Source of the DNA: a virus
Reading direction: 5' to 3' (one strand)
IMG/VR virus record: IMGVR_UViG_3300025697_000014
Location: 1-64,000 of that record
DNA: 64,000 bases
The notes beneath the pieces were generated by a model, which was not told the origin of the DNA, did no database searches, and saw nothing but the letters and a program-made list of their open reading frames with translations. This document shows positions 1 through 10,214 of the stretch, in pieces. The first letter of the stretch is position 1. Every line of letters starts with the position of its first letter. The translations under genes were made by a program, and so were the position numbers.

Positions 1-130
1 AAAGCTCTCGCAAGCTTTGATCAAGCACACGGTATCCAAAACAAACATGAGATCAACTCGAAACTGCGCAGAAGGATGTTGGCAGCAACCACAGACGTTA
101 AACTATCACAGCTGGTAGAGGTTCTATACG

Positions 131-1966
131 ATGAAAACAAGTGAGCTGATAAGACATCCTATATGGACAATGAGTGGTTCCCTGAGTAACATTAGAACTG
201 AGATAGAGAACATTGGGCGTTCAGTATCACAGTGCAAAATCCACTACGAGACTCTACCAGATGGTACCAAGCGGATACTTGGATCGCACGAAGATATCTT
301 CATACACGCGATATACACGATCAAGAAGAAAGCCAAGCTTACCTATAGGGATACCAAATGCTACCTCGCAAACATCATCCTGAATCAGGAAACGCAGTTC
401 ACTTGCCCGAGTTGCCATGCAACCGTAGTACCTACCCAAGAGATATGCATTCTATGTGGAACACCTTTATGGGACGACAACCACGATAAGTTCTTAGTTA
501 GAGCGTCGGGACACATTATCAACTTTACGCGGCTAGAGATAGAGAAATCCTTCAACAGAATCATGGAAGCGGCAGACGCTGAGATTGACGGAGAAGAGGT
601 TCCATACGTAGATGAGTTCACATCAACGTGTGCTCTGATCAAGGCAGAACAGCTCGTCGCAAACAACAATCGCGGTATGCAGCTTGGCGCTGTACGATAT
701 GCAATGCGTCAGGTAGGAGCCAGTACATCAGAGCTATCCAAGAAATCGGGCATGACCCGTGGTAGAGCTGAGGGTCTGTATGCAATAACTAAGATGGGTG
801 AATCCGAATGCCAAAGATTCATCAACAACAATATATCTCTGACTGCCGCAAGGTTGATAGATAAACAAGAACCTAACATGAGATCGGCTATAGTAGAGTA
901 TATCCGTGATCGAATGCATCTCACCATAGATACCGGGTATGTCGAGATGCTTATCAACATATGTACCCATGCTATCAGAGATGCTCAACCACCAGATAGG
1001 GCAGTACATGCCAGGAACATGATAATACTGAAGAACGCAGCTATGCGGGAGTACAAAGAGAGCAACCCGTATTACTTCTACATACGTGCAATAGAAGGCT
1101 CGTTAGATCGAATCGATGATAGACCTCAAAAGTGGCCAGGCTGTCTCAAGTGTGGATCGTGTGCCATCAGAGGCAATCTCGAAAATGTGTGCATCATAGG
1201 TGATATGATATATCCCTGCCAGGTAGGAGAAGACGTAGAGGGTTGTGTACTCCACTCACCAGAAGGTTATGTGGTAGCTGATGACAAGGTTGATCGCTCA
1301 CTCAACGCAACAAAGTTTCCCTTCAGCAGTCTACGCAACATAACGGTTCCAAACAACACAGTTTATAACACCTACTTCAAGAAGATAGAAGACGCACGTA
1401 GGAGATATGAGGATATCACCACTCCCGAAAACTCTGCTGCGTTCTACATGGAGCATCATGATGCAATCCGTGCTAACCTTACTATGACAGCAATGATGCT
1501 ACAAGCAGGAACTCGCATATACGGAGTGGCGTTGAACATAGCAACGAAGTGTAGAGATTGCGAGTTCTCCTCATACGTAAACGGCAAGATTGCGTGCACA
1601 AAAGCTATCAGTGCTATCAAGATGAAAGCGCTCTATCTGAATGATAATCCGCTACAATGCCAGACCTTTGTACCAAGGAAGACCCTGGATATCAGTAACA
1701 TTGAATACACACAGATGCCTAGTGCATCCATACTAGACATGCTGCTTGGTAGAGTACTGGATATGATAGAGATAGAAGACTACCAACACCTCGATCCGTT
1801 CGCTCCGATCCTTGGCTTAAATGGTCTAGAGAACAACATACAGAATATACGTAACCACTTTGACGAGCTGAATAGGTATGAAAAGGCCTTGATACTGCAG
1901 CATCTATCTAGCGCAAGATCGCTGATATACGACCCCGAATACAACGGTAATCGTGTTTACTTGTGA
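131..1966 (+). CDS. ParB/Spo0J-like HTH DNA-binding protein with Cys-rich (Zn) segments
   Basis: 611 aa. The segment ...AEQLVANNNRGMQL...GASTSELSKKSGMTRGRAEGLYAITKM...NNISLTAARLI follows the ParB HTH pattern. CPSC/CILC zinc ribbon and further CxxC pairs. No clear GxxR CTPase motif. Confidence 0.4.
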   Translation: MKTSELIRHPIWTMSGSLSNIRTEIENIGRSVSQCKIHYETLPDGTKRILGSHEDIFIHAIYTIKKKAKLTYRDTKCYLANIILNQETQFTCPSCHATVVPTQEICILCGTPLWDDNHDKFLVRASGHIINFTRLEIEKSFNRIMEAADAEIDGEEVPYVDEFTSTCALIKAEQLVANNNRGMQLGAVRYAMRQVGASTSELSKKSGMTRGRAEGLYAITKMGESECQRFINNNISLTAARLIDKQEPNMRSAIVEYIRDRMHLTIDTGYVEMLINICTHAIRDAQPPDRAVHARNMIILKNAAMREYKESNPYYFYIRAIEGSLDRIDDRPQKWPGCLKCGSCAIRGNLENVCIIGDMIYPCQVGEDVEGCVLHSPEGYVVADDKVDRSLNATKFPFSSLRNITVPNNTVYNTYFKKIEDARRRYEDITTPENSAAFYMEHHDAIRANLTMTAMMLQAGTRIYGVALNIATKCRDCEFSSYVNGKIACTKAISAIKMKALYLNDNPLQCQTFVPRKTLDISNIEYTQMPSASILDMLLGRVLDMIEIEDYQHLDPFAPILGLNGLENNIQNIRNHFDELNRYEKALILQHLSSARSLIYDPEYNGNRVYL

Positions 1967-1983
1967 TCTAGTTGTGGTATAAT
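1956..1983 (+). promoter_or_regulatory. sigma70-type promoter (TTTACT-16 bp-TATAAT, extended -10 TG)
   Basis: TGgTATAAT at 1975-1983, followed by RBS AAGGAGG and ATG at 2007. Confidence 0.55.
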
Positions 1984-2006
1984 CTGTACAACAAGGAGGG
2001 TACAGA

Positions 2007-2897
2007 ATGTACCACAACGCAGCGAGACTACCGGAAAGCCTGTTCTACCTCTTAACACACTCAGACTACAAGCGAGAAGAGGGCGTCATAGGAGTAACAA
2101 CACTGATCGACTCACCTCGAATCAGAGTACTCACTCAGAAGTACGAAGACATGATAGAGCGGGAAGCTAGTGACGGTATCTATGCCCTACTGGGCACTGC
2201 TGTCCACAAGCTTCTCGCTTCGTATCCACACGGTATCTCTGAGGAGAGACTGTATCATCAAAGCGACGGATGGAAGTATACTCTAGCTGGTACCCCCGAC
2301 TTAATCGAGCACTCCACATTGTTTGATTACAAGACAACCTCTACTTGGATCTCTACGTTTGGTATTAGAGACGAGTGGGTTGCGCAGCTCAATGTGTATC
2401 GGTTGCTCAAGTATCTTAATGATCCGATACCCATTAGTAGCCTTCAGGTTGTGGCTATCTATCGTGATTGGACGGCTTCAAAGATTGCAAAGTTCCAGCA
2501 CTATCCACCGTATCCATCACAGGTGTTTGATGTTCCTATGTGGACCATGAGGGATACTAGGACGTTTGTTGATGAGCGTATGCGGTTACATGAGGAAGCA
2601 GAGACGAAGTTACCAATGTGCACAGCATCAGAACGCTGGCTCAAGCCCTCTGTCTTTGCAGTGCATATCCGCTCTAAGATCAGAGCCGAGAAGCTCTGTA
2701 ACTCCTTTGAAGAAGCTGTTGCCTGGACACGAGGACAAGGACATGATGGCGATGTACTGTTGGTAAAGGATCAGAAGCAGACACGCGGGTACTGCGTTGT
2801 TAAGCGGCCAGAAGAGTGGAAGCGGTGTGAGAAGTACTGCCCAGTCTCTAGGTTCTGCGCACAATACCAGGATACCATTCATGCAACTGGACTATAA
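2007..2897 (+). CDS. PD-(D/E)XK Cas4-like exonuclease
   Basis: GTAVH, EERL, GTPDL, DYKT and QLNVY motifs; C-terminal C..YC....FC cluster. Confidence 0.75.
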   Translation: MYHNAARLPESLFYLLTHSDYKREEGVIGVTTLIDSPRIRVLTQKYEDMIEREASDGIYALLGTAVHKLLASYPHGISEERLYHQSDGWKYTLAGTPDLIEHSTLFDYKTTSTWISTFGIRDEWVAQLNVYRLLKYLNDPIPISSLQVVAIYRDWTASKIAKFQHYPPYPSQVFDVPMWTMRDTRTFVDERMRLHEEAETKLPMCTASERWLKPSVFAVHIRSKIRAEKLCNSFEEAVAWTRGQGHDGDVLLVKDQKQTRGYCVVKRPEEWKRCEKYCPVSRFCAQYQDTIHATGL

Positions 2898-3231
2898 CAC
2901 AGGTCTACGAATACCAAGTAGTCTGTTGGTTAATCTGTATAGGACCTGTGCTTGGTGTGGTGAGAGGACTAGAGGATCAGACTTTCACCACTGGCTTGTC
3001 AAACGTGGGTATCTACCAAAGAAGATGTATGGCCTGATCAATGTGTCATATAACGTAATACCAATACATCACAGTTGTCATATGGCATATGGTAGTACAC
3101 GGGAGATGACGAGGCGTTGTATGGCGTCAGCAGTGGATGTTTTTGGCGCTGAGAATCTCATGTGTTGGTATAACTCCGTTGCGAATCAGACACACCTACG
3201 AACCATAGAAAGTCTAGAGGATCTACTATGA
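2881..3231 (+). CDS. HNH/NinG-like small nuclease
   Basis: CAWC...FHHW...NVIPIHHSCH; ATG at 2881 overlaps the end of the previous gene. Confidence 0.5.
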   Translation: MQLDYNTGLRIPSSLLVNLYRTCAWCGERTRGSDFHHWLVKRGYLPKKMYGLINVSYNVIPIHHSCHMAYGSTREMTRRCMASAVDVFGAENLMCWYNSVANQTHLRTIESLEDLL

Positions 3232-4280
3232 CAACAGTAAATATCATCGTTAGAAGTGAGTACTACGGCGCTGGCAAGACACATACCTGTATCTCTTTCC
3301 GCAGGCCTGATGATGAACACGCACCCAAGAGGCTAGTGTACGATGCTGAGTTCAGGGATGCTCCGTTCCAGTCACCAGACAGTGAGGATCACCCCGAACT
3401 ACTGCAGTTTGCATTCGACATATGGCAGAAGGCTTATGGGGAAGACATCAAAGACTCCCTAATCGAGATAGCAAAGGAGATCAATGACGGTACTTTTGAG
3501 TATAGCGTTATCGTGTTTGATACAGCTTCTATATTCCAGGACGAGATACGCGATGCTATGTATGAGAAGCAGGGTGCCACTGAGCTATGTCAGGCATTCG
3601 GCGCATACAACCGCAACGCAAGCTTTCTCAAGTATCGATTCAATGTAAACGACGCTGCTGGTTTCTACTTCATGATCAAGAGTGTCATCCGTGCGTTCTT
3701 GCTGCTATGTCGTAAGAACGGTATCGATGTCCTGGTTGCATCAGAGAGCAGGAACGTCTGGAAGAACTATGGTAGTAGGGATAAGAACAACCCGCCTACC
3801 ATCCTTGGACAGACAGCAAAGCTATGGGACCCCTGGTTCCAGCTAAGCGATCTCCTACTCGTACTAGAGCGTATGGCAGGCAGTCGAGCGGATGGCACAG
3901 CGAAGCTAACATCATGGCCCAAGGCTACGCTAGATACCTTCAACCCGAAGTGCTCCATCCCTGGTATTGCACCTGAGTTCTACTTCAAGAACTGGGATGT
4001 ATTCTGGGACATGGCAGAGAAACGCATTGCTCCAACAGAAGAGGAGTACGGCGAGATCAACATCGCAGCTTCTCAGGAAGCCAAGAACGCTGGCTTTGAG
4101 ACAATCTCAGAAGCCAAGCTGAGCATTGTAGCACACGCGATCAAGACAGGCTTCATTACAGATCGCTCAAAGGATGAGGTAGCTAAGATCACAGCTGCCG
4201 CAGAAGCAGCGGGCCTAGATCCTGACAACGCACTGGCTGAGTACTTCAGCTGGATAGGTATGATCGATGACAATATCTAG
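3228..4280 (+). CDS. AAA-family ATPase, Sak4-like single-strand annealing protein
   Basis: Walker A YGAGKT at the N-terminus, Walker B VIVFDT; lies between the exonuclease and RecA. Confidence 0.6.
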   Translation: MTTVNIIVRSEYYGAGKTHTCISFRRPDDEHAPKRLVYDAEFRDAPFQSPDSEDHPELLQFAFDIWQKAYGEDIKDSLIEIAKEINDGTFEYSVIVFDTASIFQDEIRDAMYEKQGATELCQAFGAYNRNASFLKYRFNVNDAAGFYFMIKSVIRAFLLLCRKNGIDVLVASESRNVWKNYGSRDKNNPPTILGQTAKLWDPWFQLSDLLLVLERMAGSRADGTAKLTSWPKATLDTFNPKCSIPGIAPEFYFKNWDVFWDMAEKRIAPTEEEYGEINIAASQEAKNAGFETISEAKLSIVAHAIKTGFITDRSKDEVAKITAAAEAAGLDPDNALAEYFSWIGMIDDNI

Positions 4281-5256
4281 AGATGGCTTGATCAGGGATC
4301 TACGGAAGAAGTTCTCTAATATCATCCCGTCAGAGGAGGAGATGGAGATCCCGTCTCCTCAGAGGTTTCTGACTACAGGTAATATGCTTCTGGACTGGGC
4401 GCTTGGTGGTGGATTCCCTCGTGGCCAGATCAGTCATATCTATGGCACCGACGGTGGTGGAAAGACAGTCACCATGATCACGCAGGCTATTGCTGCGCAG
4501 AAGAACCCGCTCATCAATGGCCTGGTGCTATATGTAGCAACAGAGCCTAAGATCGACCCATCGCTATTCAGTGCCCTGGGAGTCGATATGACCAAAATCA
4601 TCTTTGCTCGTACGCGGGATAAAGACAACGTCCTCGATGGCAACAAGGCCATCAACATGATACGCGAGGCTATAGGTGAAGTGGAACTGATTGTTCTAGA
4701 CAGCGTGGCTGGTCTTGCACCAGGCGTTATGTATGACATGCAGTCTGAGGACATAGCGTTTGCACAGATCGCCAAGCTACTTGCGTATCAGCTGCCTATC
4801 ATCGCCAACAAGCTATGTGCTACAGATACAGCACTCATCCTCCTGAACCAGGAACGTATGAGTATGTCTAAGTGGGGCAAGGAAACCAAGCCATTCGCAG
4901 GCAAGGCCCTAGCACACTGGGTGTCTATGAGAGCATGGATGAGATCTGGTGGATGGGTAAAGCGCGGGAAAGAAACTGTAGGATTTACACCAAAGCTTAC
5001 TGTGGAGAAGAACGATTTTGCTCCTCCGAGGAGAGAGATTCAGTGGGACTTCTTCTTTGACTCAGGACCAGACATGACAAGCATTGCTCTAGAGTTTGCT
5101 AAGGATCAGGGGCTTGTATCATTCAGGGGTGGTATCAAGATGGGTGAGGTTAGCTTCAATCACCCGGGAGAGAGAACCATCGAAGATGCTAAGATACGAC
5201 TACGATCAGAACCTGAGTTAGCAGAGCTTCTATTCAACGCGATAGCGGAGTTATGA
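4267..5256 (+). CDS. recA: RecA/UvsX-like recombinase
   Basis: TG...LDWALGGGFPRG, GTDGGGKT, LIVLDSVAGL, LNQER, GKALAH, VEKN motifs. Confidence 0.85.
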   Translation: MTISRDGLIRDLRKKFSNIIPSEEEMEIPSPQRFLTTGNMLLDWALGGGFPRGQISHIYGTDGGGKTVTMITQAIAAQKNPLINGLVLYVATEPKIDPSLFSALGVDMTKIIFARTRDKDNVLDGNKAINMIREAIGEVELIVLDSVAGLAPGVMYDMQSEDIAFAQIAKLLAYQLPIIANKLCATDTALILLNQERMSMSKWGKETKPFAGKALAHWVSMRAWMRSGGWVKRGKETVGFTPKLTVEKNDFAPPRREIQWDFFFDSGPDMTSIALEFAKDQGLVSFRGGIKMGEVSFNHPGERTIEDAKIRLRSEPELAELLFNAIAEL

Positions 5257-5257
5257 A

Positions 5258-5581
5258 ATGGATACACTAAAACTCAAGGAAATCAGAGAGAGTATAGATG
5301 TTAGTCTTGAGCTACATTGTTTAGCTAACGTTGAGAGAGGCGGCAAAATAAACGAGGTTGCCATCGAAATCATCGGTATTCCACACAATCGTTGTGGACC
5401 AGGTCCTGGACAGACCATGCTTGCTCATATCGGTCTGGATGCCTATGGTGCTTTTTCACTACTTACCTATCTAAAGGTATGTCTGCTACGAATGGATGAA
5501 CCGAGTGCCAAGTCTATTGAAGAGTGTCACAAAATGGACTGGGCAAAGATGTTGCTAGAGAACAATGAGGGCTTTGGATGA
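5258..5581 (+). CDS. hypothetical protein
   Basis: 107-aa ORF directly following recA. Confidence 0.5.
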   Translation: MDTLKLKEIRESIDVSLELHCLANVERGGKINEVAIEIIGIPHNRCGPGPGQTMLAHIGLDAYGAFSLLTYLKVCLLRMDEPSAKSIEECHKMDWAKMLLENNEGFG

Positions 5582-5730
5582 TCAAAGACATAGCTGTATG
5601 GAAGCGGATAGTACACAAGGGTTGGTGGAAGAACCGTACTGAGGCCAGACATGAGTATCACGCACAAGTCAGTTGGCTGTTTCGCACAGTAACTCACTTA
5701 CTATTCGGTGATACATGGACAAAGGTGTAG
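5578..5730 (+). CDS. hypothetical small protein (50 aa)
   Basis: ATGA overlap with the previous stop; fills the gap; below the ORF-track cutoff. Confidence 0.3.
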   Translation: MIKDIAVWKRIVHKGWWKNRTEARHEYHAQVSWLFRTVTHLLFGDTWTKV

Positions 5731-5772
5731 TAGAAAAGGCGGGGGAAGAACAGGATAACCAAGGAGAAAGCG

Positions 5773-6090
5773 ATGACAGAAGACGAAGGGAAGTACGAGA
5801 AGATTTCGGACGAAATTGTGGAGCAAGTATTGAAGAACTTTGACTTTGATAAGGTTAAGCAAATTATGGATCTCTTCAACTGGGAATGGCGCAGTACTGG
5901 CGTCCCAACAGTTACTCAGATCTTCTTCACGGCACGAATGCTACTGATGAAAGTTGCATCGGGCGAGTGCTGGGCAACTGGTACGGGTGGTCTCTACGTG
6001 AGCAGGGACGGAGAAGAACTGACCCTGTGCTTCCAAGCAGTAAGCTCGATGGTTTTACTTGATGAGATTGACCAAGGAGGTAGTAAATGA
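5773..6090 (+). CDS. hypothetical phage protein
   Basis: RBS AAGGAG; 105 aa. Confidence 0.55.
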   Translation: MTEDEGKYEKISDEIVEQVLKNFDFDKVKQIMDLFNWEWRSTGVPTVTQIFFTARMLLMKVASGECWATGTGGLYVSRDGEELTLCFQAVSSMVLLDEIDQGGSK

Positions 6091-6344
6091 CTGAGTGCAT
6101 AGTCCGTAAGGTTGACCCGAATGTAGTGTATGCTATATCAATAGCCCCCATTTTCCAATCTGAGACAGAGATAGATGCTGTACTTGTCACCGTGACAAGA
6201 GGGCCAGCAGAAGGAGCTGAGGCTACAGATGAAAACTCAGAACAAGAGATTTCTTTTGAGCTTCAGACAATAGGCATGCGTGTCATTGCCAGCTATCTAG
6301 AAGCTCTGATACCAGCTGTGCAAAGATACGAGAACACATACTAG
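6087..6344 (+). CDS. hypothetical protein
   Basis: RBS AGGAGG; overlaps the previous gene by 4 bp. Confidence 0.55.
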   Translation: MTECIVRKVDPNVVYAISIAPIFQSETEIDAVLVTVTRGPAEGAEATDENSEQEISFELQTIGMRVIASYLEALIPAVQRYENTY

Positions 6345-6361
6345 CAAGGGTTGAGTAGATA

Positions 6362-6385
6362 GCGGGGGAGTTGTTCTTCCCCCGC
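6362..6385. terminator. hairpin between convergent transcription units
   Basis: GCGGGGGAG-loop-CTTCCCCCGC at the convergence of the + module and the late operon. Confidence 0.6.
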
Positions 6386-6395
6386 CACTTCTGTT

Positions 6396-9300
6396 CTAGA
6401 AGGCTGAGCGTGGGTTACCATCAGCATCATAGATACCGCTGCCAAGCCAGCTACCATCACTCACATCCTCGTCAGTGAAAGTCCAGCTACAGACCTCGAT
6501 ACCATCATTGTAATACATCCAGGAGTGCATAGCCCAGTAGTACTCACTCCAGGAGTCTATGTTATAGAGCTGTATGTGGTTTTCATCCATTACCCATCCA
6601 TCCACAACAGGGAAGGTGATCTGGTCCATGTGTTGTGGTGAGTAGACCCCACCCTCTGTTGAGATAGTTGCGGGCTTGGTGCCGAAGAGTTCCTCTACCA
6701 TGATCTGTGCTACTTCATAGTACCGTAGACAGAAGTCATTGATATAGTCACCATTTAGTGGGTCATGATTAAACGGTAGATTGAACGGGCTGACATGCAC
6801 AGCAAGCCATACCTGATCGTCTTCTAGATATCCTACCATTTCGTCGTAGTGATATTCGTTGAGCCATTTCAGTAGGGCGAGCAGGGTGTTTGGCCCGGAT
6901 AGATGATAGTTAGTTCCTCCTCGTTCGGTGGGAGCCATAGCTGGAAGTGCTGCGCTACCTCCCCACTCGATAATTTGACGTGCGTCTTCAAGCCAGCTTC
7001 TTCCTAGTGCAGCGATATGATCTGGATTACGCCAGCTGAAGTCAGGCCATTCGATGTTGGGTTCGTTGAGTATCTCGAATCTCCATACACCTCTTTCGAT
7101 CATCTCCTTTGCATGCTCTAGGGTACGACATATATCGTAGGGGTTCCTGTCAAACATACGGACGATGGGAATGATCCCGTTTGTGATAAGTTTCTCGACC
7201 CATCCTACCATAGTAGGTGTACCATTATGGAGGATCTTGCACATAGTGAAGCCCTGGTCTAGTAGATGTTCTATCTGACGGTCAGGGTTAGATGGTGGAG
7301 TATAGATTGGTGCTCCATGTACGGCAAGGAGTAGGGCCTTAGATGGATAGAGGAATTCCAGGAATTCCTGCTTCCATCCAGCCATTTCCCAACCAGGGCA
7401 TACTGTTACATATCCAGGTCTGTTGTAGTCCATATGTCCCTTGACCTCGGAGATGTTGTATACATCCTGCGCCCACTTACACACACGGACCAAGCTAGCC
7501 ATCATCTCATCACTAGGTACAGAGATAGAGTAGTTACCATTGAGTACTACTGCTATATGGTTGTTCCTCAAAAGGTCGTCGTCCCATGTGAAGTCATGCC
7601 AGAGACGATAGGATAGGGGTGCCACTAGCTTAACGGTCCCGTCTGGTTCTATCCATAGATGATAATGGATCGACTCAGTACCACCATCTCTATTGATATG
7701 GTTCTGCGCAGCAGCCTCTGGAGTCCAGACCCCGGCTGTGTGATGAATTGTGAGACCAGTAATTCCGCCCTCGTCCTTCACCCAACCCTGCCCCAATGTA
7801 TCATTAAGGAAGTTGTCATAGTCCTTACGTTGGGGAAGGGTGGTGGACAGATCTATGTCCCATATTGTAGGGATTGTGTCGGGCTTGAATACAACGCTGA
7901 TGCGTGGGTCTATGTTAGCGGCCCATTCTCGCCATCGTGTGTAATCTTCTACCTTACGGTACCAGACAGCCATGGTGACGCTCTTACCGGCGTCTAGTAG
8001 CTCCCTAGACCATGACACAGCGTCTGTAGCTGCAGGGCCAACGGTCTGTTGGTCTTGTGCACACAGCAGGTAGATTTCCTCGCGAAGTTCGAGAGGAATA
8101 TCAGACTCTACTACATTGTAGTACTTGTCGTATGGGGCTACAGGTAGCTCGTTAGTAGGAGGAGGTTCAACGGGTGCTGTGGGTAGCGCGTTCTCTCGAT
8201 TGCGCACCGCAAGTATCATGTCTCCTAACTCGCTCCAGATTGTACGCATATCGTAGCGGTCCCAGCCCTCACCCATCGAGAAGCCAGACAGTCCAAGACA
8301 ATAGTATAACTCAGACATCGCCTCGTCTGCTACTGCAAACTCAGCAATCAGGCTATCAACAGTAGGATAGTTGGGGTGATCCCAGATACCGCCGCTGCCG
8401 TACTCATCAACTGAGTATTCTGTGCAAATGTAAGGTACAACACAGTTGCCAGGGATTAGGATCTCGTCGTATAGCTGAACCGGGCGTAGCATATGAGATA
8501 CCCACTCACTAGGATACATACTCTGGCAGTAGGCATGTAGGGCTAGAATGTGACCACCGGCCATAGCTAGTTGGAAGAAGTCGGTGTAGTCCCAGATGTC
8601 CCACCAGTCTGACATCTCAGGAACACCAGTGGAGTAGCCCATCAATGCCAGCTTGATACCCCAGGCATCAGCGATACGCATACACTCGCTAGCAAAGATA
8701 GCCATCTGGATGTGTGACGGCGGGTCTTGCTCGTTCCACAAAATCCAGTACTCAACCACATCCATATACTCGTCAATAACCGGCTTGAGACTATTCATAT
8801 AGTCCAATGCACTAGACGAGAAGTCTGGACCCTCGATGTTAATGTTGGGGTCAGTACCATGCATGAGGCGTACAACGAACTTAGTCTCAGGCGATATAGC
8901 CTTGAGATTACGCACTGCCAGCATATCTTTCGGGAATGGTGCAATCACAGTACAGTAGGGTAGAACATAGTCATTGCTTACGAGCTTGGTTAGCAGATCA
9001 TATCCACCACCTTCTCCAACACAATGAGGATGCCACTTACTGCCCTTTGTGACTATAGGATATCCATAGTCAGTAGGAGGTTCGGGTAAGGGCTTGTCTT
9101 CTATCTTGACGAGGGAGAAATCCGTCATATACCTGTCATTATGCAGCGTCATGTATCTGTTCTCGGCCCAGGTAAAGACAGTGATGTTGTCAGCCTTAGC
9201 TGTTACTTCTATCTCTATGGGGAAGTACTCATTGTAGATGGCCCATGCTGGACTCCATACTACATCGTCACCAAACGGACTATCGCCACCAGTGGGATCG

Positions 9301-9836
9301 ATACCCACCATGAACTTGATAGACTGTAGAGCATCGGTGTCTTGTTGATCACCACCTTCGATCTCGTCCCATAGCATTGCGAATGGAGCCGTGCCAGTAA
9401 CCCAGGAAGATGCAGGATCGTTGGTATTAGAGTTCCAGGCGTGGAAGTATCCCTTGAACTTATAGCGGGCACCATTCTGCGCAGACACAGTTTGAGAGAT
9501 GCCACCCTTAGATGTCTTGAACGTATTGAAGAAGGCTAGGCCACGAGCATCATTATGCCACCGCTCAGGATAGATCTGCTCTATGACATCACCTTCGCTA
9601 TCAAACAAAGCTTCTGTGAGCTTGATCTCAGGTACGACCCATCCGTTAGGATTACCCAGATCCCACTCATGCACAGCTTCCTGCTCATGCACACACCATA
9701 ACCTCCAACCTTCAGGCCTCGTCAAGTTCGTATAATAAGGAGTATCGTAGTACGGATTACCAGCTGGATCAGAGGGTGTCCAACAACGTATTTCGCTGTC
9801 TCCAGAATCTCTAAACAGCAGGGGGTTCAGCAACAT
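6396..9836 (-). CDS. large multi-domain endolysin / cell-wall hydrolase (two clan-A-like glycoside hydrolase barrels plus a Zn amidase_2 domain)
   Basis: Amidase motifs TIHHTAG, YHLWI..DG, VKGH, TVCPG; GH-like motifs ILWNEQD/ICTEY and EILNEPN/ISTEGG; RBS GGAGG; last gene of the late operon. Confidence 0.7.
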   Translation of the reverse strand: MLLNPLLFRDSGDSEIRCWTPSDPAGNPYYDTPYYTNLTRPEGWRLWCVHEQEAVHEWDLGNPNGWVVPEIKLTEALFDSEGDVIEQIYPERWHNDARGLAFFNTFKTSKGGISQTVSAQNGARYKFKGYFHAWNSNTNDPASSWVTGTAPFAMLWDEIEGGDQQDTDALQSIKFMVGIDPTGGDSPFGDDVVWSPAWAIYNEYFPIEIEVTAKADNITVFTWAENRYMTLHNDRYMTDFSLVKIEDKPLPEPPTDYGYPIVTKGSKWHPHCVGEGGGYDLLTKLVSNDYVLPYCTVIAPFPKDMLAVRNLKAISPETKFVVRLMHGTDPNINIEGPDFSSSALDYMNSLKPVIDEYMDVVEYWILWNEQDPPSHIQMAIFASECMRIADAWGIKLALMGYSTGVPEMSDWWDIWDYTDFFQLAMAGGHILALHAYCQSMYPSEWVSHMLRPVQLYDEILIPGNCVVPYICTEYSVDEYGSGGIWDHPNYPTVDSLIAEFAVADEAMSELYYCLGLSGFSMGEGWDRYDMRTIWSELGDMILAVRNRENALPTAPVEPPPTNELPVAPYDKYYNVVESDIPLELREEIYLLCAQDQQTVGPAATDAVSWSRELLDAGKSVTMAVWYRKVEDYTRWREWAANIDPRISVVFKPDTIPTIWDIDLSTTLPQRKDYDNFLNDTLGQGWVKDEGGITGLTIHHTAGVWTPEAAAQNHINRDGGTESIHYHLWIEPDGTVKLVAPLSYRLWHDFTWDDDLLRNNHIAVVLNGNYSISVPSDEMMASLVRVCKWAQDVYNISEVKGHMDYNRPGYVTVCPGWEMAGWKQEFLEFLYPSKALLLAVHGAPIYTPPSNPDRQIEHLLDQGFTMCKILHNGTPTMVGWVEKLITNGIIPIVRMFDRNPYDICRTLEHAKEMIERGVWRFEILNEPNIEWPDFSWRNPDHIAALGRSWLEDARQIIEWGGSAALPAMAPTERGGTNYHLSGPNTLLALLKWLNEYHYDEMVGYLEDDQVWLAVHVSPFNLPFNHDPLNGDYINDFCLRYYEVAQIMVEELFGTKPATISTEGGVYSPQHMDQITFPVVDGWVMDENHIQLYNIDSWSEYYWAMHSWMYYNDGIEVCSWTFTDEDVSDGSWLGSGIYDADGNPRSAF

Positions 9837-10203
9837 CGGTGTCCTCCATGTAGAACATAAAGCTCAAACTGGACAACAGTCCTGGTGGAACAACACACTT
9901 CGACAACTTATAGACCTCGATGGGATAGAACTCGATCTCTACCTCAGTCTTGCTAAGAGCAACAAACTCCTCTACCTTGTTAAGATCATTGAGAGTCATG
10001 ACACCTTTGTCACCAGCGTTCTCACGTACGATAGCAGCTCGCTTCTCGAAGTAGTTCTTGTAGACAGGGCCAATGAAACGCGTGTTCTCAGAGATCAAGA
10101 AAGCTGTGGTGAAAGGCATTTCAAGGTTCGACAATCCATCTAGAGAAACCGACGCATCACCAATATCTTCCAACGACAACGTAACCTTCTTCTTCGTAGC
10201 CAT
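9811..10203 (-). CDS. hypothetical phage late protein
   Basis: Start MATKKK at 10203 with RBS GGAGGAG. Confidence 0.55.
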   Translation of the reverse strand: MATKKKVTLSLEDIGDASVSLDGLSNLEMPFTTAFLISENTRFIGPVYKNYFEKRAAIVRENAGDKGVMTLNDLNKVEEFVALSKTEVEIEFYPIEVYKLSKCVVPPGLLSSLSFMFYMEDTDVAEPPAV

Positions 10204-10214
10204 ACTCCTCCTAG

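Noticed and set aside
2007-2897. CRISPR-associated cas4
   Set aside because: No other cas genes or array; the context is a phage recombination module.
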